A stretch of DNA of 64,000 bases from Gemmatimonadales bacterium. Lineage in GTDB: Bacteria; Gemmatimonadota; Gemmatimonadetes; Gemmatimonadales; GWC2-71-9. A model generated the notes under the pieces. It saw only the letters and a list, made by a program, of their open reading frames with translations, was not told where the DNA came from and made no database searches. Numbering within the stretch: the first letter of the stretch is position 1; each line of letters begins with the position of its first letter. Location: positions 842 to 64,841 of the forward strand of contig DASZCN010000037.1 of the NCBI GenBank assembly GCA_035943095.1, written 5' to 3'. Positions 44,348 to 52,281 of this stretch are shown here, in pieces. Position numbers and translations under genes: made by a program.

Positions 44348-44846
44348 GTTCACCCTTTTCTCCCGCTTCGTGCGCTTCCACCAGTCTGCGGCGCGCCCGC
44401 GCCAACGTCGTGCCCACTGCGCCCTGCGCGAGCCCGGTGTGCGCGGCGATCTCCGAATACGATAGTCCCGAGTCCCACAGCAACAACACCTCTCGGTCGC
44501 GCGGTGTCAGCTGGTCGAGTGCGGCTCGCATCTGGGCGCGTTCGTGCTCCGCCTGGAAGATCTCGTCCGAGGCCGGCGTGCCCTCGGCAGATTCCGCCGT
44601 CAGGAGTGTGAGGTGCCGCCGCTCCCGCGCCGCGCGCCGCGCCTCGTCCCGCGCCATGTTCGCCGCCACGATGAAGAGCCACCCCCGTGCGTTCCCCGGT
44701 TTGTGGACCACCGCCCGCGCGAACGCCTCCTGGGCGAGGTCTTCGGCACGCTCGGCGTCCCACACCTTGCGGTACAGGAATCGCACCAGCGCCCGGTAGG
44801 TCGTCCGGTAAATCTCGGCCAGGCTGTCAGCGCTCACATCGCTCAC
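44331..44846 (-). CDS. ECF-type RNA polymerase sigma factor
   Basis: 171 aa. Region 2: YRALVRFLYRKVWDAERAEDLAQEAFARAV. Region 4 HTH: LTPRDREVLLLWDSGLSYSEIAAHTGLAQGAVGTTLARARRRL. GTG start overlaps the upstream stop (GTGA). Confidence 0.88.
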   Translation of the reverse strand: MSDVSADSLAEIYRTTYRALVRFLYRKVWDAERAEDLAQEAFARAVVHKPGNARGWLFIVAANMARDEARRAARERRHLTLLTAESAEGTPASDEIFQAEHERAQMRAALDQLTPRDREVLLLWDSGLSYSEIAAHTGLAQGAVGTTLARARRRLVEAHEAGEKGEHVARG

Positions 44847-47023
44847 GATCGAAAATCGCGCACCAGGGCGGCGAGCTCGCCATCGGTCCAGGCGGTCTTG
44901 CCCGCGGCCGTGATCCTGAGACTCACGCGGTGTCCCGCGACGAGCACGGCGGGCTCGAGCGTGGCGGGCCCGCGCAGCTCGGGCAGCGCCCGGAGTAGCG
45001 CAAAGTACGCGTCACTGAAGGCCGCCACCGTCACCACGCGCAGTGAGTCGCCGTGCCCGATGTCCGTCCACGTGCTGTCTCGCCAGGCGAACACCCGCCC
45101 GCCGACCCGTTGTGTCCGAGTCCCTCGCCGAGCATCAGGTACGGCGATCGAGTCCGCGGCGCCGGTCACGACGACGGCATCCAGGTTGACCGAGCTCGAC
45201 AGCCGGCGTTCCTTCCGCGCGCGACCCACTGCCTGAGCGCCGGCCTGGTCGGCAGGCGCGGGCCGGGCGTTGAGAAGATCCGGTCGCTGCGCGACCACGC
45301 CGGGCTCCTGCACGAGATACGATGTGTACTCGGTGAGGATCCCATAGCGCAGGGCGAGTCGCTTCAACTCGGTCACGATCTCGGGGTTCGCGCCGTGTAG
45401 GCGGATCTCCCGCGACAGAGTGCCGGTCTTACGCGCCGCCCACAGCTGCTGCACGTACTCCGGGCCCGACTGCTCGTCCCCGAAGCGCGCGCCGGTCGCG
45501 AACCGCTCCTCGTGCCCGTTCCTCCGCCCAGTAACCGTGACAGACCTCTCCCCTCTCCCCTCTCCCCGATAGCGCCCAAAGACGACGAGCTCGTCTCCCC
45601 CGAACAGGTCCGGCAACCCTTCCGGCTGCAGGTCGTACAGCTCCACGCCATCCCCCTGGATCGCGAGATCCGTGAGCACCGGTGAAGCGATCTTCGCCGC
45701 GAGCGCGCCCACCGCTTGCTCGATGTCCCCACCAGGCTGGATGTACTCGGTCACGCCGCGCGCCCGCTCGGTCAGTCGGTCGAGCAGGTACGTGTTCACG
45801 TCGTATCCGATCCCGAACGCAAAGACGCGGAACGCGCCCCGACCGCGCTCCGCCTGCCCGGCGATCTGCTCGGGGTCCGTCTCGCCGACGGTCGGCATGC
45901 CGTCCGTCAGGAAGACTATTACCCCGAGCGCGCCATCACGGGGTGGTTGGGCGAACGCCTCGGCGAGCGCGCCGGCGATGTTGGTGCCACCGTCGGTGTC
46001 GAGGCGACGCACCCAGTCCTGAGCGGCGCGGACGCTGTCCGGGGTCCCGGGCGTCCACCCGGCGGCGTAGCGACGCACGCCGTTCCCAAAGCTGATCACT
46101 CGGAACCGATCGCCGGATCGCAGGCCGCCGAGCAGCTGTACCAAGGCCGCACGCGCCTGATCGAGTTTCTCCCCCGACATCGAGCCCGACACATCGAGTA
46201 CCGCCACGAGGTCCCGCGACAGCGATGGCGTGGCGGTGGTACCTGCGCCCGGAGCGAGCAATAACATGAAAAAGCCGTCCTCGCCGACCGACTGACTCGT
46301 AATCAGCGACATGCCCACGAGACCGCGGGCCAGGGGCAGGAAAAGCTCGAAGTCCCCTCTGGCCGTCGTGTCGGCGAGCGCGATCTCGAGCCGATCACCA
46401 TCGCGTCTCGACGTGACCCGGTGGGTGGGTGAATACGGGTCCCCGAACCGGCTGGCGCTGTCGACGGCGATCCGGAATCCGCGCGGTGCCGTCGCACCGG
46501 GGCCTGCGCCTGCGACGTAGCGGAACCGCCACGCGTCGCCCACGCGGTCGAGCATCTGCGTATAACGCAGCGTGATTTTCCGGGTCTCGCCCGCCGCGAT
46601 GGGAAAGACCCTGGCGCGCAGGAGGCCGTGCCCGGCGAGCTCGATCAAAGCGGGGTCGCGCTTGCGACGCACGATCTCCTCGTAAATCGAGCGGGCTTGG
46701 GCGGCGTCCATGGGCTCGCCTTTGAGCTCGCGGTCGCCCTGCCAGAGCGAGAAATCGCTGAACGTCGCTTCGCCGGGAAGCGGATACAGATAGCTCGCCT
46801 CGTCGAAGAGGGCGCCGTCGTTCCGGAACCATTCCTCGACGCTCACGCGTGCCACTCGGCCCGTGACCGCCACCTGGACGGCGCTGCGAATCTTGACGAT
46901 GCTGCCGCGGGGCATGGGGGTTGGAAGCGGCCGAACGGGCTCGATCCAACCTTGTCCAGCGGCGCGGCCGAGCGGCAGGAGAAGGAGGGCAAGCAGGGCG
47001 CGGACGTGAAGCGGCGAAGCCAT
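44843..47023 (-). CDS. Secreted VIT-domain + von Willebrand factor A-domain protein
   Basis: Trimmed to ATG 47023 (MASPLHVRALLALLLLPLGRAAGQ signal). VIT-like region is VARVSVEEWFRNDGALFDEASYLYPLPGEATFSDFSLW. vWA MIDAS motif is VAVLDVSGSMSGEKL, followed by VIVFLTDGMPTVGE. Confidence 0.8.
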   Translation of the reverse strand: MASPLHVRALLALLLLPLGRAAGQGWIEPVRPLPTPMPRGSIVKIRSAVQVAVTGRVARVSVEEWFRNDGALFDEASYLYPLPGEATFSDFSLWQGDRELKGEPMDAAQARSIYEEIVRRKRDPALIELAGHGLLRARVFPIAAGETRKITLRYTQMLDRVGDAWRFRYVAGAGPGATAPRGFRIAVDSASRFGDPYSPTHRVTSRRDGDRLEIALADTTARGDFELFLPLARGLVGMSLITSQSVGEDGFFMLLLAPGAGTTATPSLSRDLVAVLDVSGSMSGEKLDQARAALVQLLGGLRSGDRFRVISFGNGVRRYAAGWTPGTPDSVRAAQDWVRRLDTDGGTNIAGALAEAFAQPPRDGALGVIVFLTDGMPTVGETDPEQIAGQAERGRGAFRVFAFGIGYDVNTYLLDRLTERARGVTEYIQPGGDIEQAVGALAAKIASPVLTDLAIQGDGVELYDLQPEGLPDLFGGDELVVFGRYRGEGRGERSVTVTGRRNGHEERFATGARFGDEQSGPEYVQQLWAARKTGTLSREIRLHGANPEIVTELKRLALRYGILTEYTSYLVQEPGVVAQRPDLLNARPAPADQAGAQAVGRARKERRLSSSVNLDAVVVTGAADSIAVPDARRGTRTQRVGGRVFAWRDSTWTDIGHGDSLRVVTVAAFSDAYFALLRALPELRGPATLEPAVLVAGHRVSLRITAAGKTAWTDGELAALVRDFRS

Positions 47024-47112
47024 GGGGAGCGACTCCCGTGAGAGACGTGATGAGAGACGCTTGGCCGGTGGCCGATTGCACACGTCCGGGAGGAAATGAC
47101 GCGCGGGTCTGG

Positions 47113-47138
47113 TACGTCGTGGCGTGCGAAGGGGTTGC
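47113..47138 (-). promoter_or_regulatory. ECF-promoter-like motif upstream of the VIT-vWA/sigma/anti-sigma operon
   Basis: The minus strand reads GCAAC-cccttcgcacgccacga-CGTA, i.e. AAC-N17-CGT as in many ECF-dependent promoters. It lies about 90 nt upstream of the ATG at 47023. This is a single weak match. Confidence 0.2.
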
Positions 47139-47219
47139 GGCGGGTGTGGGAGTGTGCCCATCTTGGGTGCGCCGCAGCGCTCGCGGTGCAGGGTTGCCGC
47201 GCCTACTGGACGGGGAATC

Positions 47220-47555
47220 GTGCCGCGCTACACCTACCGCCGTCTGACGAAGCTACCCAGCACCGCCGACGAGCTACGCCGCCACACCGTGCTCAATCTT
47301 CCCGGCATGTTGCACGGCCTCAGCTTCGAGCACACGGTGATGGGGCCTGGCGCCGTCGCACCGATCTCGGTCGAGGACGAAGCGGGGATTCTCATCTTCA
47401 CGCTCGCCGGGCGCGGCATCATGTCGCTCGACGGCGATCGCATTGAGGTGTCGGCGAACGATCTGGTCCATATCCCGGCGGGCGTTCCTTACGGCTTGCA
47501 AACGCTCGGTGGGACGGATTGGGTGTACGTGGTACTCCAAGCTCCGGCCGTCTGA
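47220..47555 (+). CDS. Cupin-fold protein
   Basis: Track ORF trimmed to GTG 47220. GILIFTLAGRGIMSLDGDRIEVSANDLVHIPAGVPYGLQT matches the two-motif cupin beta-barrel layout. The metal ligand set is not obvious. Confidence 0.5.
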   Translation: MPRYTYRRLTKLPSTADELRRHTVLNLPGMLHGLSFEHTVMGPGAVAPISVEDEAGILIFTLAGRGIMSLDGDRIEVSANDLVHIPAGVPYGLQTLGGTDWVYVVLQAPAV

Positions 47556-47556
47556 T

Positions 47557-48708
47557 TCAAGCCACCGCGCACTGGTTCGGTCCGAACTCCAGGATTTCCG
47601 CGTCGGTCTCCGACACGTCCGCCAGGCCCAGATTCGCTAGCTTGATCGTGCGGTAGCTCTCGGGCGGCGTGGTGGTGTGCGCGATCACCCATTTCCGGAA
47701 GGACTCGGGGTCTTGGATCGCGGCCGCCTCGTTGGTTGCAATGACCACGTCGAAACGAGCGCCGATGCTGCGGTCCGCCCGCCGCTCCCGCTCGCCCGTG
47801 TAGTGTGCGGGCAGCACGACGAGGTCTCCCGGCCACTCCGACCGCACACGCTCGAGGCTCTCCCACAGTCGTGCCGCCCAGGCGTCGCGCTGGCCTCCGA
47901 GGTCAGGCCGTCCGACCGACTGTACGAACAGGAAGTCGCCGGTGAGCGCCAGCGCCTCGTCGGCCACGAGGGCGAGGCTGCCGAGCGTGTGGCCCGGGAC
48001 ATGGACGGCGCGGAGCGTGGCGCGCCCGAAGGCGACGGTGTCGCCATCTGTGAGCGGCTGATAAGCGATGCGCCCTTCCGCTCCGTCGTACGGCGAACGG
48101 GCGTCCTCTGGATGGATGAAGTATGGAACCTGCCACCGGGCGGCAGCCGCGCGGGCGCCGCTCAAGTAGTCGGCGTGCATGTGCGTGTCGATCACGGCGG
48201 CGGCCGTCGCGCCGGCCTCCTTGAGCAGCACGTCGTAGGCGTCCACATGGCGGCCCGGGTCCACGACGACGGCATCTCCATCGCTCACTAAGAGGTACGA
48301 CAGCGCACCCTTGCCGACCCGATCGATCTGGATCACTCGCTCGAGTGCTGTGGTCGGAGACAGTGAGCGGGGCAGATAAACCGTTTCCCAGGCGGCCATG
48401 CCCCCCGCTACGGAATAGGCCTCGAACCCGCGCTGCCGCAGGAACTGCGTCGCCGGCCTGCTCGAGTTACCGTGCCCGCAGATCACCGCGACCGGAGCGT
48501 CCGGGTCGAGGCGCAGCGGCTCGAGCGTAGCGAGCCGATACATTTCCGACGCTGGAACGGCGCGGAAGTCGAGCGTCGCGCCGAAGGTGACGCGCCCCTG
48601 CGCGACGCGCTCGGGCGCCCGAACGTCGAGCAGCTGAACCCGCTCACCGGCGTCGAGGCGGCGCGCGAGCTCGGGCGCGGCGATGTGAGGCACGGCGGTA
48701 TCCGACAT
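47557..48708 (-). CDS. Rhodanese - metallo-beta-lactamase fusion (persulfide-dioxygenase/ETHE1-like)
   Basis: Trimmed to ATG 48708. Rhodanese domain has VQLLDVRAPER and active-site loop VICGHGNSSRPA. The MBL domain has AVIDTHMHADYLSG (HxHxD-type motif) and AVHVPGHTLGS. Confidence 0.8.
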   Translation of the reverse strand: MSDTAVPHIAAPELARRLDAGERVQLLDVRAPERVAQGRVTFGATLDFRAVPASEMYRLATLEPLRLDPDAPVAVICGHGNSSRPATQFLRQRGFEAYSVAGGMAAWETVYLPRSLSPTTALERVIQIDRVGKGALSYLLVSDGDAVVVDPGRHVDAYDVLLKEAGATAAAVIDTHMHADYLSGARAAAARWQVPYFIHPEDARSPYDGAEGRIAYQPLTDGDTVAFGRATLRAVHVPGHTLGSLALVADEALALTGDFLFVQSVGRPDLGGQRDAWAARLWESLERVRSEWPGDLVVLPAHYTGERERRADRSIGARFDVVIATNEAAAIQDPESFRKWVIAHTTTPPESYRTIKLANLGLADVSETDAEILEFGPNQCAVA

Positions 48709-48794
48709 GGGTTTGGAGTGTCGTCGGGGTGAGGCTAAAACGCAACGCCCGGTGCGAGTCCCGAGGACTCCCGTTTTGTAGGCACGCGAATATA

Positions 48795-48812
48795 TTGTGA
48801 ACGCGTTCACAA
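48795..48812. promoter_or_regulatory. Perfect 18-bp palindrome TTGTGAACGCGTTCACAA (CRP/FNR-family-type operator, TGTGA-N6-TCACA)
   Basis: The palindrome is seen directly. Its centre is about 46 nt upstream of the cupredoxin ATG (48850) and about 95 nt upstream of the divergent rhodanese-MBL ATG (48708). It sits in one of the few AT-richer stretches of the window. Confidence 0.5.
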
Positions 48813-48849
48813 GCACGTACCGTCATCGTACCGGAGGAGGAGTTCTGCA

Positions 48850-49347
48850 ATGCGGTTGACCCTGCTCACCACGCTCGTCGCGTTCGGCGCCATCGCCTGC
48901 GGCAGCGAGAAGAAGCCTGCGACCGCGCAGGCGGAAGCTGCGACCCCCACCCCCGCGCCCGCGGCATCCCCGGCGCCCGCTTCCGCGGCGCCCGCGGCCG
49001 AACCGGCCGGGTCCGTCGTCGAAGTCAAGATGACGGGTGATGGCACGACCAAGGCGGCATTCGAGCCGGCCACGCTCACCATCAAGGCCGGCACGACCGT
49101 CCGGTTCATCAACGTCTCGGGTGGTCCGCACAACATCGCGTTCTTTAGCGATTCGATCCCGAAGGGCGGTGCCGAGGCTCTGAAGAAGGGGATGGCCAAC
49201 GCGATGAGCGACCTGACAGGACCCTTTCTCACGCAGCCCAACGAGAAGTACGATATCTCGTTTGCTGGAGCGCCGGCGGGGACGTACAAGGGTTACTGCA
49301 TGCCGCACGTCGCGTTCAACATGAAGATCACGATCAAGGTGCAGTAG
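48850..49347 (+). CDS. Plastocyanin/pseudoazurin-like type-1 copper lipoprotein (third cupredoxin)
   Basis: RBS GGAGGAGG (48833-48840). Lipobox LVAFGAIAC and an Ala/Pro-rich tether. Candidate ligands are His in GGPHNIAFF and Cys-x2-His-x4-Met in GYCMPHVAFNM. Confidence 0.8.
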   Translation: MRLTLLTTLVAFGAIACGSEKKPATAQAEAATPTPAPAASPAPASAAPAAEPAGSVVEVKMTGDGTTKAAFEPATLTIKAGTTVRFINVSGGPHNIAFFSDSIPKGGAEALKKGMANAMSDLTGPFLTQPNEKYDISFAGAPAGTYKGYCMPHVAFNMKITIKVQ

Positions 49348-49369
49348 CAGCACCGATCGTCCCGAACCG

Positions 49370-49403
49370 AAACGGCCCCGGGGTTCTGGGGCCGTTTGAC
49401 TTT
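49370..49403 (+). terminator. Rho-independent terminator after the cupredoxin gene
   Basis: AAACGGCCCC(49370-49379)-ggggttct-GGGGCCGTTT(49388-49397) is a perfect 10-bp stem followed by TTTgacTTT. Confidence 0.7.
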
Positions 49404-49419
49404 CGGGGTAGGGCCCGGG

Positions 49420-52281
49420 ATGTTCTCCCGTTCGAGGCATTCCGTGTCGGCCTTCTTCGAACGTCTGCGTGCGGCCCTGGCCCCGGACTACGAGCTGCTG
49501 CGCGAACTGGCGAGCGGCGGCATGGGGACGGTGTACCTCGTGCGCGACGTGGCGCTCGACTGCTCAAGAGCCGTGAAGGTGTTGCGGCCGGAGCTTTGGA
49601 CTGCCGAAGCGTCCCGGCAGTTCGTCCAGGAAGCGCGTATACTCGCCGACCTAAGACACCCGAACATCGTAGCCGTTCATACGGTCCAGGCGAAGGATGG
49701 CCTGGACTTTTACGTGATGGATTACCTGGAGGGGGAGACCCTTCAAGCGCACCGCGAACGGCACGGGCGCCTGTCCAAGGACGACGCCCGCAAGCTCGGC
49801 CGCGACTTGTTGGCAGCGCTCAGCAAGGCTCATCGGAAGGGTGTCATCCATCGGGACGTGAAGCCTGCCAACGTCTTCCTTGGCGAGGATGGGGCGGTGC
49901 TGACTGATTTCGGCATCGCCCTCCGTCTCACCGATCAGCAGCGATCCGATCCGAACATCCTGCGCGGCACGGCCGCGTACATGGCGCCTGAGCAGTTCGC
50001 CGGGGTGGAAGCCGACGCGCGCACGGATATCTACGCAGCCGGGATGGTGATCTACGAGGCCTTCACGGGTATCCGTTGGGAAAAGAGCTCGCCGAGAGAC
50101 GGAAACTGGTCGGGCGCACGGTGGCTGGTCGCGCGCGTCCTGCGTCGTAGTCTTGCGCTGAAGCCCGGGGATCGCTGGCCCGATGCGGGGTCATTCCGTC
50201 GCGCGCTCTGGCGAACGCGCGTATGGCCGTATCGGTTTCGAACGCTGCTCCTGACGCTCGCCGGATTGGTTGCGGGCACGATCGGGACCGCTTGGCTCGT
50301 CCACCGGGGCCAGGAGGGCTTGTGGCCGTTCGGTCCGTCCGCATCGGTGGAGCTGTATGTCCGCCCGTTCGATCCTACGGGCACGAGCGGCAGGGCTATC
50401 ACGGCGGGCGTCGCGGACGCCCTGGTCCGAAAACTGAGGGGATATCCCGACTTCTCGGTTCACGGACCGGAGGCGCCGCCGTTGTTCCGCCGAAACGCCG
50501 CGTTGGTCCTCGCGGGAACGGTGAGTGAGGCTAGGGAGTCCCTCCTCGCGGAAGTCCGTATTCAGGCGACGAGAGGCGGTCAGGCGAGCGTGATCATCGT
50601 CGCGGGGGAGTCTCGTCACCTCGAAGCGTTTGTCGACGCTCTCGAGCTGGCCGTCGTGCGGCTGATCTGGAATCGCCAGAATCCACTGGACTCTTCGCTC
50701 CCGACCGGAGCTCTGCCGCGGTCGGCGGTGGGGCTGGCGGCATGGCTTGCGGCCGAGCGGTTATTCGCAGACGCGCGTTGGGGACAAGCCGACTCGGCGT
50801 ACACCGCGGCGGAGGCGACTGACAGCACGTGTTGGCTGTGCTATTGGCGGCACCGCGAGGTACAACAATGGCTCGGTCAGGACCCCGATCCGGACCTTGC
50901 GGCGCGGTACCTGCCCCATCTCGAGTCTTTTCCCGTCCGCTACCAGAGCCTGATGCGCGCCGTCGAGCTCCCTCTGCGAGCGCGCCTCGATTCGCTGCGC
51001 GCCACGACACGGGAGTCGCGTGACTTCTTCCCAGCATGGTTCCAATTGGCCGACGAGTTGTACCATCGCGGCCCGCTCGTAGGGTTCTCCCGCGCGGACG
51101 CGGTTGAGGCGTTCCAAATGGCGGCGCGTCTACGCCCGGCGTTCGGCCCGACCTTGGAGCACCTGGCGTGGGCGCTGACGGCGGAGGGCGATTCCTCCGG
51201 CGCCTGGGCCGCGTGGTCACAACTCAAGGCACTCGGGGAGCCGAGCGATCCGTTCACACTGGCCATTCGGGCACTGTTGCGCGTTGGCTATGCATCTCGA
51301 TTCCTTGATTCCGCCGCCGCAGGCGAGGTCCTCCGCCGAGCATTAGGGAAGTCCCAGATCCAGCATTTCGAGCAGCTCGCCGCCGGACCCCGCTACCTCG
51401 CGACGTTCGACGCGCCCGACGGGGCCGTCTCCATGGGGATGCTGTTTGCGAAGTCAAAGGATCGCGTGCTCCAGCGCTCGGGGCTCATCGCCGCTGCGCT
51501 AGGGAACGTTTCAAGTGGGCAACTCGGGCAAGCACGGGTCGAGTTCGCGCGCCTGGATGATCGCTTCGACGTGCCGGACCTGGGGCTGATGGAACCGGAG
51601 CTCGATGGAGTCCTCATGCTCCTCGGCCGGGAGCCATCCCCGGCGCTCGAGGATTGGCCCGATGTCGCTCAGGCCCTCGGACGGTACGCGGACACGAGAG
51701 CGAATCCTGGGGTGCGGCGCCGAGCGGCCTGGATCCTGGTGCTGGCGGCCCGACGGTTGGGTGGAGTGGACACGGCGCAGTACCGCCCGGTGTTGGCGGA
51801 AGAGCCGGCTCCGAGACCGCTCGGTCGGTTGCTCGCGGCAGATGGCCTGGCGCGGCGCGGGCACTACCGCGATGCGCTGGTCGCTACCGACACTCTAGGA
51901 GAACTCGAAGCCCCCGCGTTGTCGGGACCGGTGCCGGTCGATCCGTTTTACCGGACCGTTCTCCATGTGCTGCGCGCGGAGTGGTTGCGATCGGCGGGCG
52001 AGTCTGACGACGCCGCGCGGGAGCTGGTTTGGTACCAGAACAACGATGTCTCGGGGTTACCCACGCGCGATCCTCAGGTGGCCGATGTCGACTGGGCGTT
52101 CGGAACGTTCGCCCGTTGGTGGCGCGCGCCCTTGCTGGAGCAAGAGGACAGGCGCGAAGAGGCGTGTCGTGCATATCGTGACGTTGCCCGGCTCTGGTCG
52201 CGGGGTGATCCGCCCTTCCGCGCCCGGGCCGACAGCGCCGCCCGTCGTCTGGTGAGGCTCCATTGCAAGGAGGCTGCGTGA
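49420..52281 (+). CDS. Transmembrane Ser/Thr protein kinase with large TPR-like C-terminal region (AfsK-like), copy 1
   Basis: Start moved to ATG 49420, because the track TTG 49396 lies inside the terminator. Kinase motifs are ASGGMGTVYLV, AVKVL, HRDVKPANVFL, DFGIA and APEQ. TM helix is LLLTLAGLVAGTIGTAWLV. The C-terminal ~600 aa are helical-repeat-like. Confidence 0.85.
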   Translation: MFSRSRHSVSAFFERLRAALAPDYELLRELASGGMGTVYLVRDVALDCSRAVKVLRPELWTAEASRQFVQEARILADLRHPNIVAVHTVQAKDGLDFYVMDYLEGETLQAHRERHGRLSKDDARKLGRDLLAALSKAHRKGVIHRDVKPANVFLGEDGAVLTDFGIALRLTDQQRSDPNILRGTAAYMAPEQFAGVEADARTDIYAAGMVIYEAFTGIRWEKSSPRDGNWSGARWLVARVLRRSLALKPGDRWPDAGSFRRALWRTRVWPYRFRTLLLTLAGLVAGTIGTAWLVHRGQEGLWPFGPSASVELYVRPFDPTGTSGRAITAGVADALVRKLRGYPDFSVHGPEAPPLFRRNAALVLAGTVSEARESLLAEVRIQATRGGQASVIIVAGESRHLEAFVDALELAVVRLIWNRQNPLDSSLPTGALPRSAVGLAAWLAAERLFADARWGQADSAYTAAEATDSTCWLCYWRHREVQQWLGQDPDPDLAARYLPHLESFPVRYQSLMRAVELPLRARLDSLRATTRESRDFFPAWFQLADELYHRGPLVGFSRADAVEAFQMAARLRPAFGPTLEHLAWALTAEGDSSGAWAAWSQLKALGEPSDPFTLAIRALLRVGYASRFLDSAAAGEVLRRALGKSQIQHFEQLAAGPRYLATFDAPDGAVSMGMLFAKSKDRVLQRSGLIAAALGNVSSGQLGQARVEFARLDDRFDVPDLGLMEPELDGVLMLLGREPSPALEDWPDVAQALGRYADTRANPGVRRRAAWILVLAARRLGGVDTAQYRPVLAEEPAPRPLGRLLAADGLARRGHYRDALVATDTLGELEAPALSGPVPVDPFYRTVLHVLRAEWLRSAGESDDAARELVWYQNNDVSGLPTRDPQVADVDWAFGTFARWWRAPLLEQEDRREEACRAYRDVARLWSRGDPPFRARADSAARRLVRLHCKEAA

